A DNA stretch of 64,000 bases from an uncultured delta proteobacterium (GTDB lineage Bacteria; Desulfobacterota; Binatia; UBA9968), in contig CAVUVW010000014.1 in NCBI GenBank assembly GCA_963745035.1, positions 544,001 to 608,000 on the forward strand, read 5' to 3'. Shown piece by piece: positions 22,814-32,578 of the stretch. Under the pieces are notes generated by a model. It was not told the origin of the DNA. It did not search any database and saw nothing but the letters and a program-made list of their open reading frames with translations. Made by a program: the position numbers and the translations under genes. How positions within the stretch are numbered: the stretch's first letter is position 1; the number at the start of each line of letters is the position of its first letter.

Positions 22814-22853
22814 GATGCCCCTGCGCGGCCATCCCGTACGGCCGAGGCCTCAG
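22814..22853 (+). repeat. 40-bp direct repeat, copy B
   Basis: gatgcccctgcgcggccatcccgtacggccgaggcctcag. Confidence 0.85.
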
Positions 22854-23021
22854 TGTATTCGACCCTCAGTTTCATTCTAACTTAGTCGCTAATCTCTGGA
22901 TCGCGGTATGTAACGATGTCTGAACTGAAACTCGGCGTACTTCGCCGTACCACCATTCGACTCCTATCTCTCTTCCCCGTCGAGAGTGTTACCGACTCCC
23001 ATTGAAATCGATTACTGCAAA

Positions 23022-23041
23022 TATTGGACTAAGGTCCAATA
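23022..23041 (+). promoter_or_regulatory. 20-bp palindromic operator, copy 3
   Basis: TATTGGACTAAGGTCCAATA; TAGATA at 23063 (21-nt gap); upstream of porin 1. Confidence 0.8.
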
Positions 23042-23216
23042 TCCAGCTTTGCTGCACTTCGATAGATAACTTGCGTTTCTGGTCGGCAAAAACCATGGTC
23101 GGCAGCAGCGCGATGCATGTCCCCGACGCACGCCAGTGCACTTGCAAGCCACTCACCTCGCAGATTCATCGCTTAAATCCACAACGTACAAATCTCACAG
23201 ATTCGGAGCACCATTC

Positions 23217-24599
23217 ATGAAGAGAACTTCAACTGTCCTGACTGCGATATTTCTTCTAACACTTTCGATCGGTGCGCAGTGTCATGCGGCGGACGCGCCG
23301 ACTGCAAATCCCTACTCGGGAGATCTATGGACGCGCTCGACGCTCAGCGGCGACTGGTGGGGTTTTCGCAACCAGCTTGCTGAAAAAGGCGTCACCCTCG
23401 ACATGAGCCTGACTCAGGCCGCGCAAGGCATCGTTCATGGCGGCAAAGACACCGGCTGGCAGTACGGCGGCGGACGCGGCGACATCATCCTCAATCTGGA
23501 CACGCAGAAACTTGGTCTTTGGCCCGGCGGGTTCTTGAACGTGGAAGCGGAAGGCAACTTTATTCCGGACGATACTTTGCGCAAATCGATCAACGGCAGG
23601 ACCGGTGCACTCATGCCGGTGAATAGCAATCAGTCTTTTCCCACTGCCGGCGGGCGACAACTTCAATTTCCCCGCTTTGAATTTTACTCAATTTCTGTCG
23701 CCTTACTTCGGCTTGACTATCGGCAAATACGCCACCGTCACCTCCAATTCCGGCGACATGAATGACTTTGCCCATGGCAAAGGCGACACCCAGTTCATGA
23801 ACACCGCATTGAACTTCAATCCGATGATAGTCTGTGACCATGCCTTACTCCACATTGGGCACCGGGCGTGATCGTATTGCCGACCAAGGATCCCAAGCAG
23901 GCGATTGTGAGCTTTTTTGTAATGTCATCGACCGGCAAAGCCAGCACCAGCGGCTTCGATGACTTGAATGATGACAATTTGACGTTTGCCGGTGAGGGCC
24001 GCGTGAGGACCGACTTTTTCGGCCTCACCGGGCATCAGCTTTTAGGCGCGACTTATTCCAACCGGAAATTCACTTCGATCGACCAGAACGCACGCTTCAT
24101 ATTCGAGAACGGCGCATTTGAGGAGGAGAAAGGCTCTTGGAACGTTTACTACAACTTCGATCAGTATTTTTACGAACCGAAGAAAGGATCTGGCGAAGGG
24201 ATCGGAATTTTTGGCCGCTTCGGCGCTTCGGACGGTGATCCTAACTTCATGCATTTTTTCTACAGTCTGGGGATTGGCGGCAAAGGCGTTATCCCGAACC
24301 GTGAACGCGACCGTTACGGATTCGGTTTTTACTACATCGATGTCAAGAATCCGAAACTCCAGGGCCTATTTCAAACCACGAAGTTGTTGCGCGATGAGCA
24401 CGGGTTCGAGGCTTTCTACAATATCGCCATTACGCCGTGGCTGGAGCTCACACCGGATATCCAGGTCGTTCGAGGGGCGCAGAAAGAGAAGGTTACCATC
24501 GGCACCCGTCCCGGACCCTTGGGACTACCCTTCATCGCCAGCCGAAAAAGCATCGGGACGGCGACGGTCTTGGGTGTGAGATTGAAGATGATCTTCTAA
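23217..24599 (+). CDS. OprB-family carbohydrate porin, copy 1 (two frameshifts ~23650, ~23835)
   Basis: Signal peptide, TLSGDWWGFRNQLAEKG, EAFYNIAITPWLELTPDIQ, C-terminal Phe; colinear with the paralog at 36104. Confidence 0.85.
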
Positions 24600-24637
24600 T
24601 TATGCCGGATTCCACTCTTCGTAACCCATCCATATCC

Positions 24638-24657
24638 TGTTGGACCAAAGTCCAATA
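24638..24657 (+). promoter_or_regulatory. 20-bp palindromic operator, copy 4
   Basis: TGTTGGACCAAAGTCCAATA; TGC-TAGACA, hexamer at 24680 (22-nt gap). Confidence 0.78.
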
Positions 24658-24718
24658 TACGGCGGCGGCGCCGCGGTGCTAGACAGAGTCACGATAAACC
24701 ATTTAAAAGGAGAGAGAG

Positions 24719-25285
24719 ATGAAGAAAAATATTTTAGCAGTGTTGTCGGCAATGATGCTGATCGGCGGGATCAGTTGCGCTCAAAATAAAGAAGCCGCTA
24801 CGAGGCCCGGCGTTGTGACTGTCGATGTCGTTAAATTGAGCGGCATCGTGAAAGCGATCGATCGAGACAAAAAGATGGTGACCGTCGAGGGGTCGGGCGG
24901 CAGAACGGTTGTGATCGATGCCACGAACGCGAGAAACCTCGATCAGCTGAAGGTCGGCGATAAAGTCAATTTGACGTACACCGAAGAAGTAGCGCTTTTC
25001 GTGAGAAAGTCAGACGATCCCCCGAGCGTGACCGAATTGCAAAACGTGGAACTGGCCCCGAAGGGTGAAAAGCCGGGAGGTGTAATCACCAAGACGATCG
25101 AAGTGACCGGCAGCGTCGAATCCATTGACATGAATAATCGGACCGTCGCATTGAAGGGCCCGGCCGGAAATGTCCGGACATATAAGGTGGGTCCAGAGGT
25201 AAAGAGGTTAAACGAGGTAAAAATGGGCGATCAAGTCGTGCTGCGGGTTACCCAAGCCGTGGCGCTGTCGGTGGGGAACCCCTGA
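24719..25285 (+). CDS. exported/lipoprotein with two tandem OB-fold-like repeats
   Basis: SD AAGGAG; GIVKAIDRDKKMVTVEG...LKVGDKV repeated as GSVESIDMNNRTVALKG...VKMGDQV. Confidence 0.8.
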   Translation: MKKNILAVLSAMMLIGGISCAQNKEAATRPGVVTVDVVKLSGIVKAIDRDKKMVTVEGSGGRTVVIDATNARNLDQLKVGDKVNLTYTEEVALFVRKSDDPPSVTELQNVELAPKGEKPGGVITKTIEVTGSVESIDMNNRTVALKGPAGNVRTYKVGPEVKRLNEVKMGDQVVLRVTQAVALSVGNP

Positions 25286-25479
25286 ATAAGAGCTCGAGCA
25301 AGAAAAAAATAATCGCCAGGCAAAGTTGACAGGAAGGCCCAGGGAGCGAGAAACTCCTCACCCCCCAGGCCTTCTTCTTGGCGCACTGATCGTCGCCCGA
25401 TTACTGGGAATTTGGCTGTCGAATCGCGGCTTCGTTCCTTTTCCGCGCGGGGGAAAGTCAATTAGAGCGACGACGGTGG

Positions 25480-25595
25480 CAAGCAAAGCTGAGTTTAAAA
25501 AGCTACTTGGTCAATGGCACAGGCCGGACGGCGGTTATGATTGGCGATCAAAAGTATCGCCGCCGATGGCTTGATTGGTGCGGGCTACTTCACTA
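25480..25595 (+). pseudogene. fragment of a conserved hypothetical protein (GxWxRPDGGY family)
   Basis: FKKLLGQWHRPDGGY, frameshift, LAIKSIAADG.I.AGYF, then truncated. Confidence 0.5.
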
Positions 25596-25631
25596 AACAG
25601 CCTGATTAAGACGCACTGCTGTACTAAGTCG

Positions 25632-26290
25632 ATGCGTGCGGACACGTGCGTGTGGATTGTCCTGCTCCTGTTGCCCTACTGGTGCTTCTGGGCAAATTCT
25701 CAAGCCGCAGAAGTCGAAGAGCCTTTCAGGGTGATGATCCTGCGCAATACCAGCCAGTACCTGCCGGCGGGTATTCTTCAGGACCGTGGGATGCGCGAGG
25801 CCTTTGCTGCCAAGGGTACCCGCCACGTAGAGTTTTTCGTCGAGACAATGGACACGATGTGGTTTGATCGATCGGAGATCGAGCCAGAGTTCTTGTCGCT
25901 TTTCGAAAGAAGTACGGCAGCCGCAAAATAGATTTTCTCATGGCTGCGGGGGCGGACGGTTGGATGTTGCACAGCGACTTCGTGAGGTATTGCTGCGCGG
26001 GGTACCGATCGTCTTTTACAATGTCGCGGAAGATGCGCTGCGCGGACGCGCAATTCCACCGGATATTGCCGGCGTAGTCTTGCGGTTCGACTTACCTGGC
26101 ACCTTGAGCTTGGCGAAGCGTTTGCACCCGAATGCACGGCGCATCGTCGTTGTGAGCGGGACATCGCCCTATGATCGAAATTGGCTGCGCCGGGCGCGGG
26201 AAGCGCTGCGGTCGTACGAAGGCTGGCTCGAAGTCTCATACTGGTCGGGCCAACTGCTTCAACAGCTTCTCGAAAATCTCCGAAATATTT
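25632..26290 (+). pseudogene. truncated periplasmic sensor domain of a two-component histidine kinase (ABC substrate-binding-like N-terminus)
   Basis: RVMIL...EFFVETMD...KY..RKID...VPIVF...GVVLRFDLPGTLSLAKRLHPNARRIVVVSG; frameshifted; no TM or kinase domain follows. Confidence 0.6.
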
Positions 26291-26443
26291 CTCTAACGTT
26301 CCCTCCGGAAGTCTCGATCTGGCGTAACTCGATAATTTCGCTAAGATGTCGCGGTTGGCGCAAAAAGCCGTAGCCGATTCAGGCCTTGCGCTTCTCGCCG
26401 AACATCTAAACCTCCCGTGCTCCTCAACTCTTCTGAACCGCCG

Positions 26444-26463
26444 TATTGGACCAAAGTCCAATA
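26444..26463 (+). promoter_or_regulatory. 20-bp palindromic operator, copy 5
   Basis: TATTGGACCAAAGTCCAATA; TGA-TAGTTT, hexamer at 26484 (20-nt gap); upstream of the arylsulfatase. Confidence 0.8.
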
Positions 26464-26560
26464 GTCCTGAATTTCGTGCCTGATAGTTTTCCGCAGAACG
26501 CAATGATGGTTTGGCGGAATTGCACCAATCGTTTTAAAGACAAAGAGAAAGGAGAAACTA

Positions 26561-28075
26561 ATGGCACAAGCAAAATCTAACAAACAACCGAATGTCCTCG
26601 TGATTTGGGGCGACGATATCGGTTACTGGAACCTCAGTTGTTACAGCCGGGGGATGATGGGATATCAGACGCCCAACATTGATCGCATCGCCAACGAAGG
26701 GATGCTGTTTACCGACTGCTACGCCGAACAGAGTTGTACGGCGGGTCGAGCGGCTTTCATCATGGGGCAAAGCGTCTTTCGCTCGGGACTGAGCAAGGTC
26801 GGCTTGCCGGGCGCCACCGCGGGAATGCGCGCGGAGGATCCCACCATTGCCGAGTTGCTCAAGCCGCTCGGCTACGCCACCGCCCAATTCGGCAAGAATC
26901 ACCTGGGCGACAGAGACGAACATCTGCCGACGATGCACGGGTTCGACGAGTTCTTCGGCAACCTCTATCACTTGAACGCCGAAGAAGAGCCCGAGCTGCG
27001 GGACTATCCGACGGAGAAAGACTTCCCCAATTTCAGGAAAAACTTTGGCCCGCGCGGCGTGCTCCACTGCTGGGCCGACGGTAAGGGCGGGCAAAAGATC
27101 GAAAACACCGGACCGCTGACGAAAAAGCGCATGGAGACGATTGACGACGAGACTGGAACTGCGGCGAGAGACTTTATCAATCGTGCGCACAAAGACGGCA
27201 AGCCGTTCTTCGTCTGGTACAACACCACGCACATGCATTTTCGCACGCACGCCAAGCCGGAGAGCATGGGGCAGTCGGGAAGATGGCAGTCGGAATACCA
27301 CGACGCGATGATCGACCACGACAAGAGCGTCGGCGAGATGCTCGCGCAGCTGGACCAGCTCGGCATCGCCGAGGACACGATCGTCTTCTACAGCACCGAC
27401 AACGGGCCGCACATGAACAGCTGGCCCGACGCCGGCATGACTCCCTTCCGCAGCGAGAAAAACACCAACTGGGAAGGCGCCTTCCGGGTTCCCGGGATGG
27501 TGCGCTGGCCCGGCAAGATCAAGGCCGGCTCGGTCTCCAATCAGATGATCAGCCACATGGACTGGCTGCCCACGATTCTAGCCGCCGCGGGCGAGCCGGA
27601 TATCAAAGAAAAGCTGCTGAAGGGCCACACTGCCGGAGCAAAGACGTTCAAGGTCCATCTGGACGGCTACAATCAGCTTCCCTTCCTGACCGGCAAGACT
27701 GACAAAGGCCCGCGCGACGAGTTTTTCTACTTCTCGGATGACGGAGATCTGTTTGCTATGCGGTACGACAACTGGAAGTTCGTTTTTGCGGAGCAGCGCG
27801 AACAAGGCACCTGTCAGATCTGGGCCGAACCGTTCGTGCGGCTGCGGCTACCGCATATCTTCAATCTGCGGACGGATCCATTGGAGCGCGCAACCATCAC
27901 CTCGAACACGTACTGGGACTGGATCTTCGATCATGCCTTTCTGTTGGTGCCGGCGCAGCAGGTCGTGGGCCGGTTCCTGGCGACGTTCAAGGACTACCCG
28001 CCGCGGCAGAAGGCGGCGAGCTTCACCGTGGACCAGGTTCTCGCGCAGCTGCAGGAGGGTGGCGGAAGTCACTAA
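26561..28075 (+). CDS. arylsulfatase (Cys-type, formylglycine-dependent), no signal peptide
   Basis: PNVLVIWGDDIG, SCTAGRAAF, GKNHLGD, STDNG, WEGAFRVP. Confidence 0.95.
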   Translation: MAQAKSNKQPNVLVIWGDDIGYWNLSCYSRGMMGYQTPNIDRIANEGMLFTDCYAEQSCTAGRAAFIMGQSVFRSGLSKVGLPGATAGMRAEDPTIAELLKPLGYATAQFGKNHLGDRDEHLPTMHGFDEFFGNLYHLNAEEEPELRDYPTEKDFPNFRKNFGPRGVLHCWADGKGGQKIENTGPLTKKRMETIDDETGTAARDFINRAHKDGKPFFVWYNTTHMHFRTHAKPESMGQSGRWQSEYHDAMIDHDKSVGEMLAQLDQLGIAEDTIVFYSTDNGPHMNSWPDAGMTPFRSEKNTNWEGAFRVPGMVRWPGKIKAGSVSNQMISHMDWLPTILAAAGEPDIKEKLLKGHTAGAKTFKVHLDGYNQLPFLTGKTDKGPRDEFFYFSDDGDLFAMRYDNWKFVFAEQREQGTCQIWAEPFVRLRLPHIFNLRTDPLERATITSNTYWDWIFDHAFLLVPAQQVVGRFLATFKDYPPRQKAASFTVDQVLAQLQEGGGSH

Positions 28076-28091
28076 TGACGCAGCGCTGATC

Positions 28092-28166
28092 GAGTGTCGA
28101 GAAAAATGACAAGTGACGGGTTCCGAGGGTCGAGTGGTTCGAAAAACTCTTCCCTCGGCACCCGTC
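28092..28166. repeat. heptamer array with opposing arm (empty cassette hairpin)
   Basis: gagtgtc...aagtgac gggttcc gagggtc gagtggt; 28115-28129 pairs with 28152-28166 at 14/15 positions. Confidence 0.7.
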
Positions 28167-28219
28167 CGTGAAATGAGTAAATTGCTACGGCAAAAAACAA
28201 TTGCGTCGAAAGTGAACGA

Positions 28220-28606
28220 ATGGAAGAAACCGGAATTAAGCCCGAAGATCTGAAACTGAGCGACAGGCTTGCGGTTGAACGGACAGTGTTGGCGGCAGAC
28301 CGAACCATGCTGGCCGGGGTGCGCACATCGTTGTCGTTTATCGGTTTCGGATTCACGATATTCAATGTGCTCCGGTACCTCCATGAGCACGGCCCCGCGA
28401 AAGGCATGCGGCCTGACACGCCGAGGAATGTCGGCCTCTTCATGCTTGTGGCGGGAACCGTGCCCTTGTTTGTCATGATGATCCAATATTACCGGACGTT
28501 GCAGCGGATGGGCAGGAAAGAGAGCGTCTTTAAGAACCCGAATTTCCAGATGGCCCTGCGTCATTTTTTTGCTTGGGAGCATTCTCTTGGTCACTCTTAT
28601 AAGTGA
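28220..28606 (+). CDS. DUF202/YidH family membrane protein (possible 3' frameshift)
   Basis: LAVERTVLAADRTMLAGVRTSLSFIGFGF. Confidence 0.85.
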   Translation: MEETGIKPEDLKLSDRLAVERTVLAADRTMLAGVRTSLSFIGFGFTIFNVLRYLHEHGPAKGMRPDTPRNVGLFMLVAGTVPLFVMMIQYYRTLQRMGRKESVFKNPNFQMALRHFFAWEHSLGHSYK

Positions 28607-28879
28607 CATTATTCTGCTGTGAAAAAACGGCAACAAAGATCAACTTGAGCTTTGTGTTCAGGTTTATTCTGGGAACAGTGGAAGGCTAGATCCGCTTCAG
28701 AAAGCGATGAACACACAAGAAGGATTCAACTAACAGTTCTTCTCATCCCAACAGCATCCCGTAGATCGAAGATTCGACAACGTACGATGCCGGCGGTCAC
28801 GCATGGCAGAGGTAGGTGTGCCTACGGTCAGGCCATCGCGAAAAATTGAAAGAAAGAAGCAATCAATGAGTTTTGGAAA

Positions 28880-29254
28880 ATGGATATGATCCGCGAGCTT
28901 ATTCAGCTTGCGGCTCAGGCGATTGAAACGTTGGCCGTGGTGATCATCGTGATTGCGATCGTGCATGGAACGATACGCTATCTCATTCGCATTAACCAAC
29001 AGGCGGGTGACGCATATGGGCAACTTAAGGCTCAGCTTGGAAGGGCGCTACTGTTGGTGCTGGAGATTCTAGTGGCGGCCGATATCATCAGGACCGTCGC
29101 TCTCGACCCGAACCTTCGAAATGTCATGATCCTGGGGTTGCTCGTCGTCATACGAACGCTTCTTAGCTGGTCAGTGGTTGTTGAGATCGAAGGGCGTTGG
29201 CCGTGGCAGGGCGCCGAGGGACGAGGAGTAAAGAGTGTCGAGCGTAAAACGTGA
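28880..29254 (+). CDS. DUF1622 family membrane protein
   Basis: LGRALLLVLEILVAADIIRTV, IRTLLSWS...EIEGRWPWQ. Confidence 0.9.
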   Translation: MDMIRELIQLAAQAIETLAVVIIVIAIVHGTIRYLIRINQQAGDAYGQLKAQLGRALLLVLEILVAADIIRTVALDPNLRNVMILGLLVVIRTLLSWSVVVEIEGRWPWQGAEGRGVKSVERKT

Positions 29255-29351
29255 CGCGTCAAGAAAAGAACAATTTTGCAGGAAGATTTCTTTTGAGCGA
29301 CTCCGTTATCTCTCTTGCTTCCTGTTCAAGTGACCCCGACCCTCGTCCTTT
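29209..29351. repeat. heptamer left arm (29209-29246) and short right arm (29332-29351)
   Basis: gggcgcc gagggac gaggagt aaa gagtgtc gagcgta ... gacccc gaccctc gtccttt. Confidence 0.6.
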
Positions 29352-29380
29352 TCAAGGGCGAGCCGAGGAGAGAATAGTCG

Positions 29381-29758
29381 ATGGAAGAATTACTGATGCG
29401 TATAGGGGAAGACTTGGCTGGGCGATTGCACGGACCCATGAGGTTTCGTTTGTTACTTCAACCTACGATGGCTGTTATCTTCGCCATTCGCTCCGGATTG
29501 AAGGATGCACGCGAGGGACGTCCGCCGTATTCCTGGGCGCTCCTCACCGATCCGTCACATCGCGCCGCGCTTTTGCGCGAAGGTTGGAAGAGAATCTCGA
29601 AAGTTTTCATCCTCGCCGTGGTGCTGGATGTGATTTACCAATACCTCGTGTTTCGCTGGTTTTATCTGGGAGAAGCCCTAATCGTTGCGTTTATTCTCGC
29701 TCTTATCCCGTATTTGCTGATCCGCGGTCCGGTGGATCGCATCGCGCGACGCGGATGA
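29381..29758 (+). CDS. conserved hypothetical membrane protein
   Basis: GRLHGPMRFRLLLQP...GLKDAREGRPPY, PYLLIRGP; SD GAGGAG. Confidence 0.8.
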   Translation: MEELLMRIGEDLAGRLHGPMRFRLLLQPTMAVIFAIRSGLKDAREGRPPYSWALLTDPSHRAALLREGWKRISKVFILAVVLDVIYQYLVFRWFYLGEALIVAFILALIPYLLIRGPVDRIARRG

Positions 29759-29968
29759 AGTTGCGCGCGAGTTTCAAGAGGAAAGCTTTTTGTTGTCAAA
29801 CAACCTGAAACGAAGAATCGTTTTTTCCATATCGGGTTTCATGTGTGAGGCGGTTATTCGGATGGGGCGCATGTGCTTCGGGAACCAAGTCAACGGCAAG
29901 CGCGAATAGCGTTCTCTTGCCTGAGTCTCTGGATATGAAACGGACAGTGCGACAGAGGATGAGGGTCG

Positions 29969-30614
29969 ATGCAAATGATCCGTGACGAATCGCGCTGGCC
30001 TCCGGTGCTTTCGATAATTGTTGTATTCTGCTTGCTGACAACGATACCCGGCCACGTACACGCGCTGCCGGTTTGGGTTTCCTATCTGGCCATGGTTGCG
30101 CTCGTCGTGCCGATGGCTGCCGTCGCGCTTACCAAAGGGAACATACGGTGGCTCGGCATCGAGCGAATCATAATTCTATTCTTTGCGGCGGTGTATGTTG
30201 TTAACACCATCGTGGAGCTGGCGGATATGATCGGGGTCATCACTCTCCATCGGACGGGGAACAATGCCTTCGCGCTGCTTTCTTCAGCCGTTGCCATATG
30301 GGTGGTGAATGTCCTGGCCTTTTCGTTGCTGTACTGGCAGATCGATCGTGGCGGCCCCTACGGTCGAGCGCGCAAATTGAGTGTCAGAGCCGGATTGGGT
30401 CTTTCCGCAACCGGAGCCCCAGGACTTGCCGCCAGATTGGCGGCCATTGTTCCTCGATTATCTCTATCTTGGATACAACACCGCGACGGCTTTCAGTCCC
30501 ACCGATGCCTTGCCCCTCACGCATCGCGCCAAGATGCTGATGGTGATCGAAAGTACGATCTCGCTCTTGACGTCGGTCATCGTCCTGTCGCGCGCCATCA
30601 ATGTGCTGCCGTAG
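29969..30614 (+). CDS. DUF1345-like membrane protein (frameshift ~30385)
   Basis: ESRWP, NVLAFSLLYWQIDRGGP, then PDWVFPQ...FLDYLYLGYNTATAFSPTD. Confidence 0.8.
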
Positions 30615-30743
30615 CGGAATACGGGATGCGATTGCAGATGCGGAGGCGAGGTTCGAGCTGCGCGAGGTGGTCTGCTCCGGGGTGGAGTTGTGGCGGCAGT
30701 GCTCGGGACCGTTCTGAGGATGCGATGAAGAGTAAGGACGACG

Positions 30744-30812
30744 GGCACCGGATTCGGCGACTTCAACCCGACGTACTTCTTTTCGCCTGCAAAGCCAGGT
30801 GAGCTGATCTGA
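30744..30812 (+). pseudogene. short internal remnant of an outer-membrane transporter ('neuromedin U'-annotated family)
   Basis: GTGFGDFNPTYFFSPAKPGELI*, resembling the GxGDxNPxFFLSPAKPGKLIWG motif. Confidence 0.5.
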
Positions 30813-30831
30813 TGGTGTTTTAAGAGGCGGC

Positions 30832-30866
30832 GAGGGACGAGTGTCGAGTGACAAGAGTCGAAGCTC
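30832..30866 (+). repeat. heptamer array, left-arm orientation
   Basis: gagggac gagtgtc gagtgac aagagtc gaagctc. Confidence 0.7.
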
Positions 30867-30940
30867 GGTGCCGATTACTGAACAGACCGCGAAACAGAAC
30901 TGTCGACAGCCTCTGTCTGACGCGGCGAGTACTTTTGGCA

Positions 30941-32275
30941 ATGCTGCTCAAGCTGTCATTGAGCGCGGGGATTGCCGCCGCACAAGGGCAGGCAAGTTCT
31001 CCGGTGAGTCCGTCCTTTTCACCCGGACCCTCAGTCCGTTGTCCATCGCCGGGCAATCCCCACAAGCAATACTTCGAATGCTTGGGAAGACCTTTTGATT
31101 TCAGCGAGCATACGCTGACGCAAGACTGGGCGGGATTTCGCAGCGAGCTGGCTAGCCTTGGAATCATGCCGACGGCGTCCTACACGACCCAACTCTTCGG
31201 CAACCCAAGCGGTGGCCAGTCGCGGGGATTCACCTACAGCGGGACGTTGCAAACCTCGATATTCTGGGACCTCGACAAGCTCATGGGAGTTCCCGGCCTT
31301 TCGTTCAATATCAGCGCGGCTTGGTCCACCGGGAAGAGCCTTTCAACCGACCATGTGGAAAACATCTTTCCGGTTCAGAGCGCCTACACCGCTCCGGGCA
31401 ATGGCACGAACAACTTCACTCTAGGCGAGCTCTATTTGCAGCAACAATTGTTTAACGATTCGCTCACCATTGCGGCGGGACGCCTGACGCCTCAGCGGAC
31501 CTTCGCCACCATGCCGGTGCTCAATCAGTATATCAACGGAGGCATCAATCCTGTTCCAGGGCATCTCAGCATAAACGACCCGAGCTTTACCGCTTATCCG
31601 CCGGGCGTGGAATGGGGTATTCAAGCGCTTTACAACCTCACCCCGAGGGTTCAGCTCGTCGCCGGGGTGTTCAACACCAATCAAAACTCTGCCGCTGGCG
31701 CCAAGGGAGGGCTCGACTTTAGTTTCCAGCAAGGCAACCGCGGTGCGCTTTCGGTAGTTCAGATAAATTACCTCTTGAACCACGCCCCCGAAGACAAAGG
31801 CATGCCAGGGCAGTACAGCTTCGGCGGCCTGTACGACAGCAACAGGTTCGCCAGTCTCCGAAAAACGAACGCCTCAGCAAGCGGCACCTACAGCATCTAT
31901 GGTCTGTTTCAGCAAATGATTTATCGCGACGGTGATGCCAGTAGCCAGAAAGGTCTGACGGTTTGGGCGGAGACTGCCATTGCGCCTAAATCGAACGTTA
32001 ACACGATGCCCTATTTCGTGGGCGGCGGGTTGAGTTACCAAGGCGCGATTCCCGGCCGCGACAACGACATCGCTTCGGCAGGGGTAATTTACGGGGCCTT
32101 TAGCCGCTACCTTCCACGCACGACGGCCGAGACGGTAATCGAGGCAAATTACCAGATCAACTTAAAGCGCTGGCTCTCCATAACGCCGGATTTGCAGTAC
32201 ATCATCAGACCGAGCGGAAGCAGCGCAATCGGCGACGCGTTGGTATTGGGCGCTCAAGTGGCGATTAGTTTTTAA
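30941..32275 (+). CDS. OprB-family carbohydrate porin (divergent third copy)
   Basis: LTQDWAGFRSELASLGI, IPGRDND, ETVIEANY...LSITPDLQYIIRP, C-terminal Phe; start approximate. Confidence 0.85.
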   Translation: MLLKLSLSAGIAAAQGQASSPVSPSFSPGPSVRCPSPGNPHKQYFECLGRPFDFSEHTLTQDWAGFRSELASLGIMPTASYTTQLFGNPSGGQSRGFTYSGTLQTSIFWDLDKLMGVPGLSFNISAAWSTGKSLSTDHVENIFPVQSAYTAPGNGTNNFTLGELYLQQQLFNDSLTIAAGRLTPQRTFATMPVLNQYINGGINPVPGHLSINDPSFTAYPPGVEWGIQALYNLTPRVQLVAGVFNTNQNSAAGAKGGLDFSFQQGNRGALSVVQINYLLNHAPEDKGMPGQYSFGGLYDSNRFASLRKTNASASGTYSIYGLFQQMIYRDGDASSQKGLTVWAETAIAPKSNVNTMPYFVGGGLSYQGAIPGRDNDIASAGVIYGAFSRYLPRTTAETVIEANYQINLKRWLSITPDLQYIIRPSGSSAIGDALVLGAQVAISF

Positions 32276-32316
32276 CGCTGAGGTGAAGGCTCAAGACGCT
32301 GATGGACAATTAGCAA

Positions 32317-32400
32317 CAACACTTTCACAAAAGGTCGGCGAAAGTGTTTTTCGTTGCCGGTGACGATGGTGAGGTTGTATCGACGGGCGGTAGCCGCAAG
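32317..32400 (-). pseudogene. vapC: VapC/PIN toxin C-terminal remnant
   Basis: Minus strand LAATARRYNLTIVTGNEKHFRRPFVKVL matches the PIN motif AAtA..h.LtlvT.N.khF. Confidence 0.7.
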
Positions 32401-32578
32401 GTTTGTTCCGTGCTCATGACTTCCCGTTCAACTGCGGAATCCGGGTTGAAGATCTGATTTTCTCAAAAGGTAATGTGCTAGCGCAAGGTAAGAATCTAGA
32501 TCTCTATGCGAGATCGCGCTGCCTCCTGCCGCAACGGACGAGCACGTGGCGCGCTGCCGAGGCCATCCAATTCTCGCG

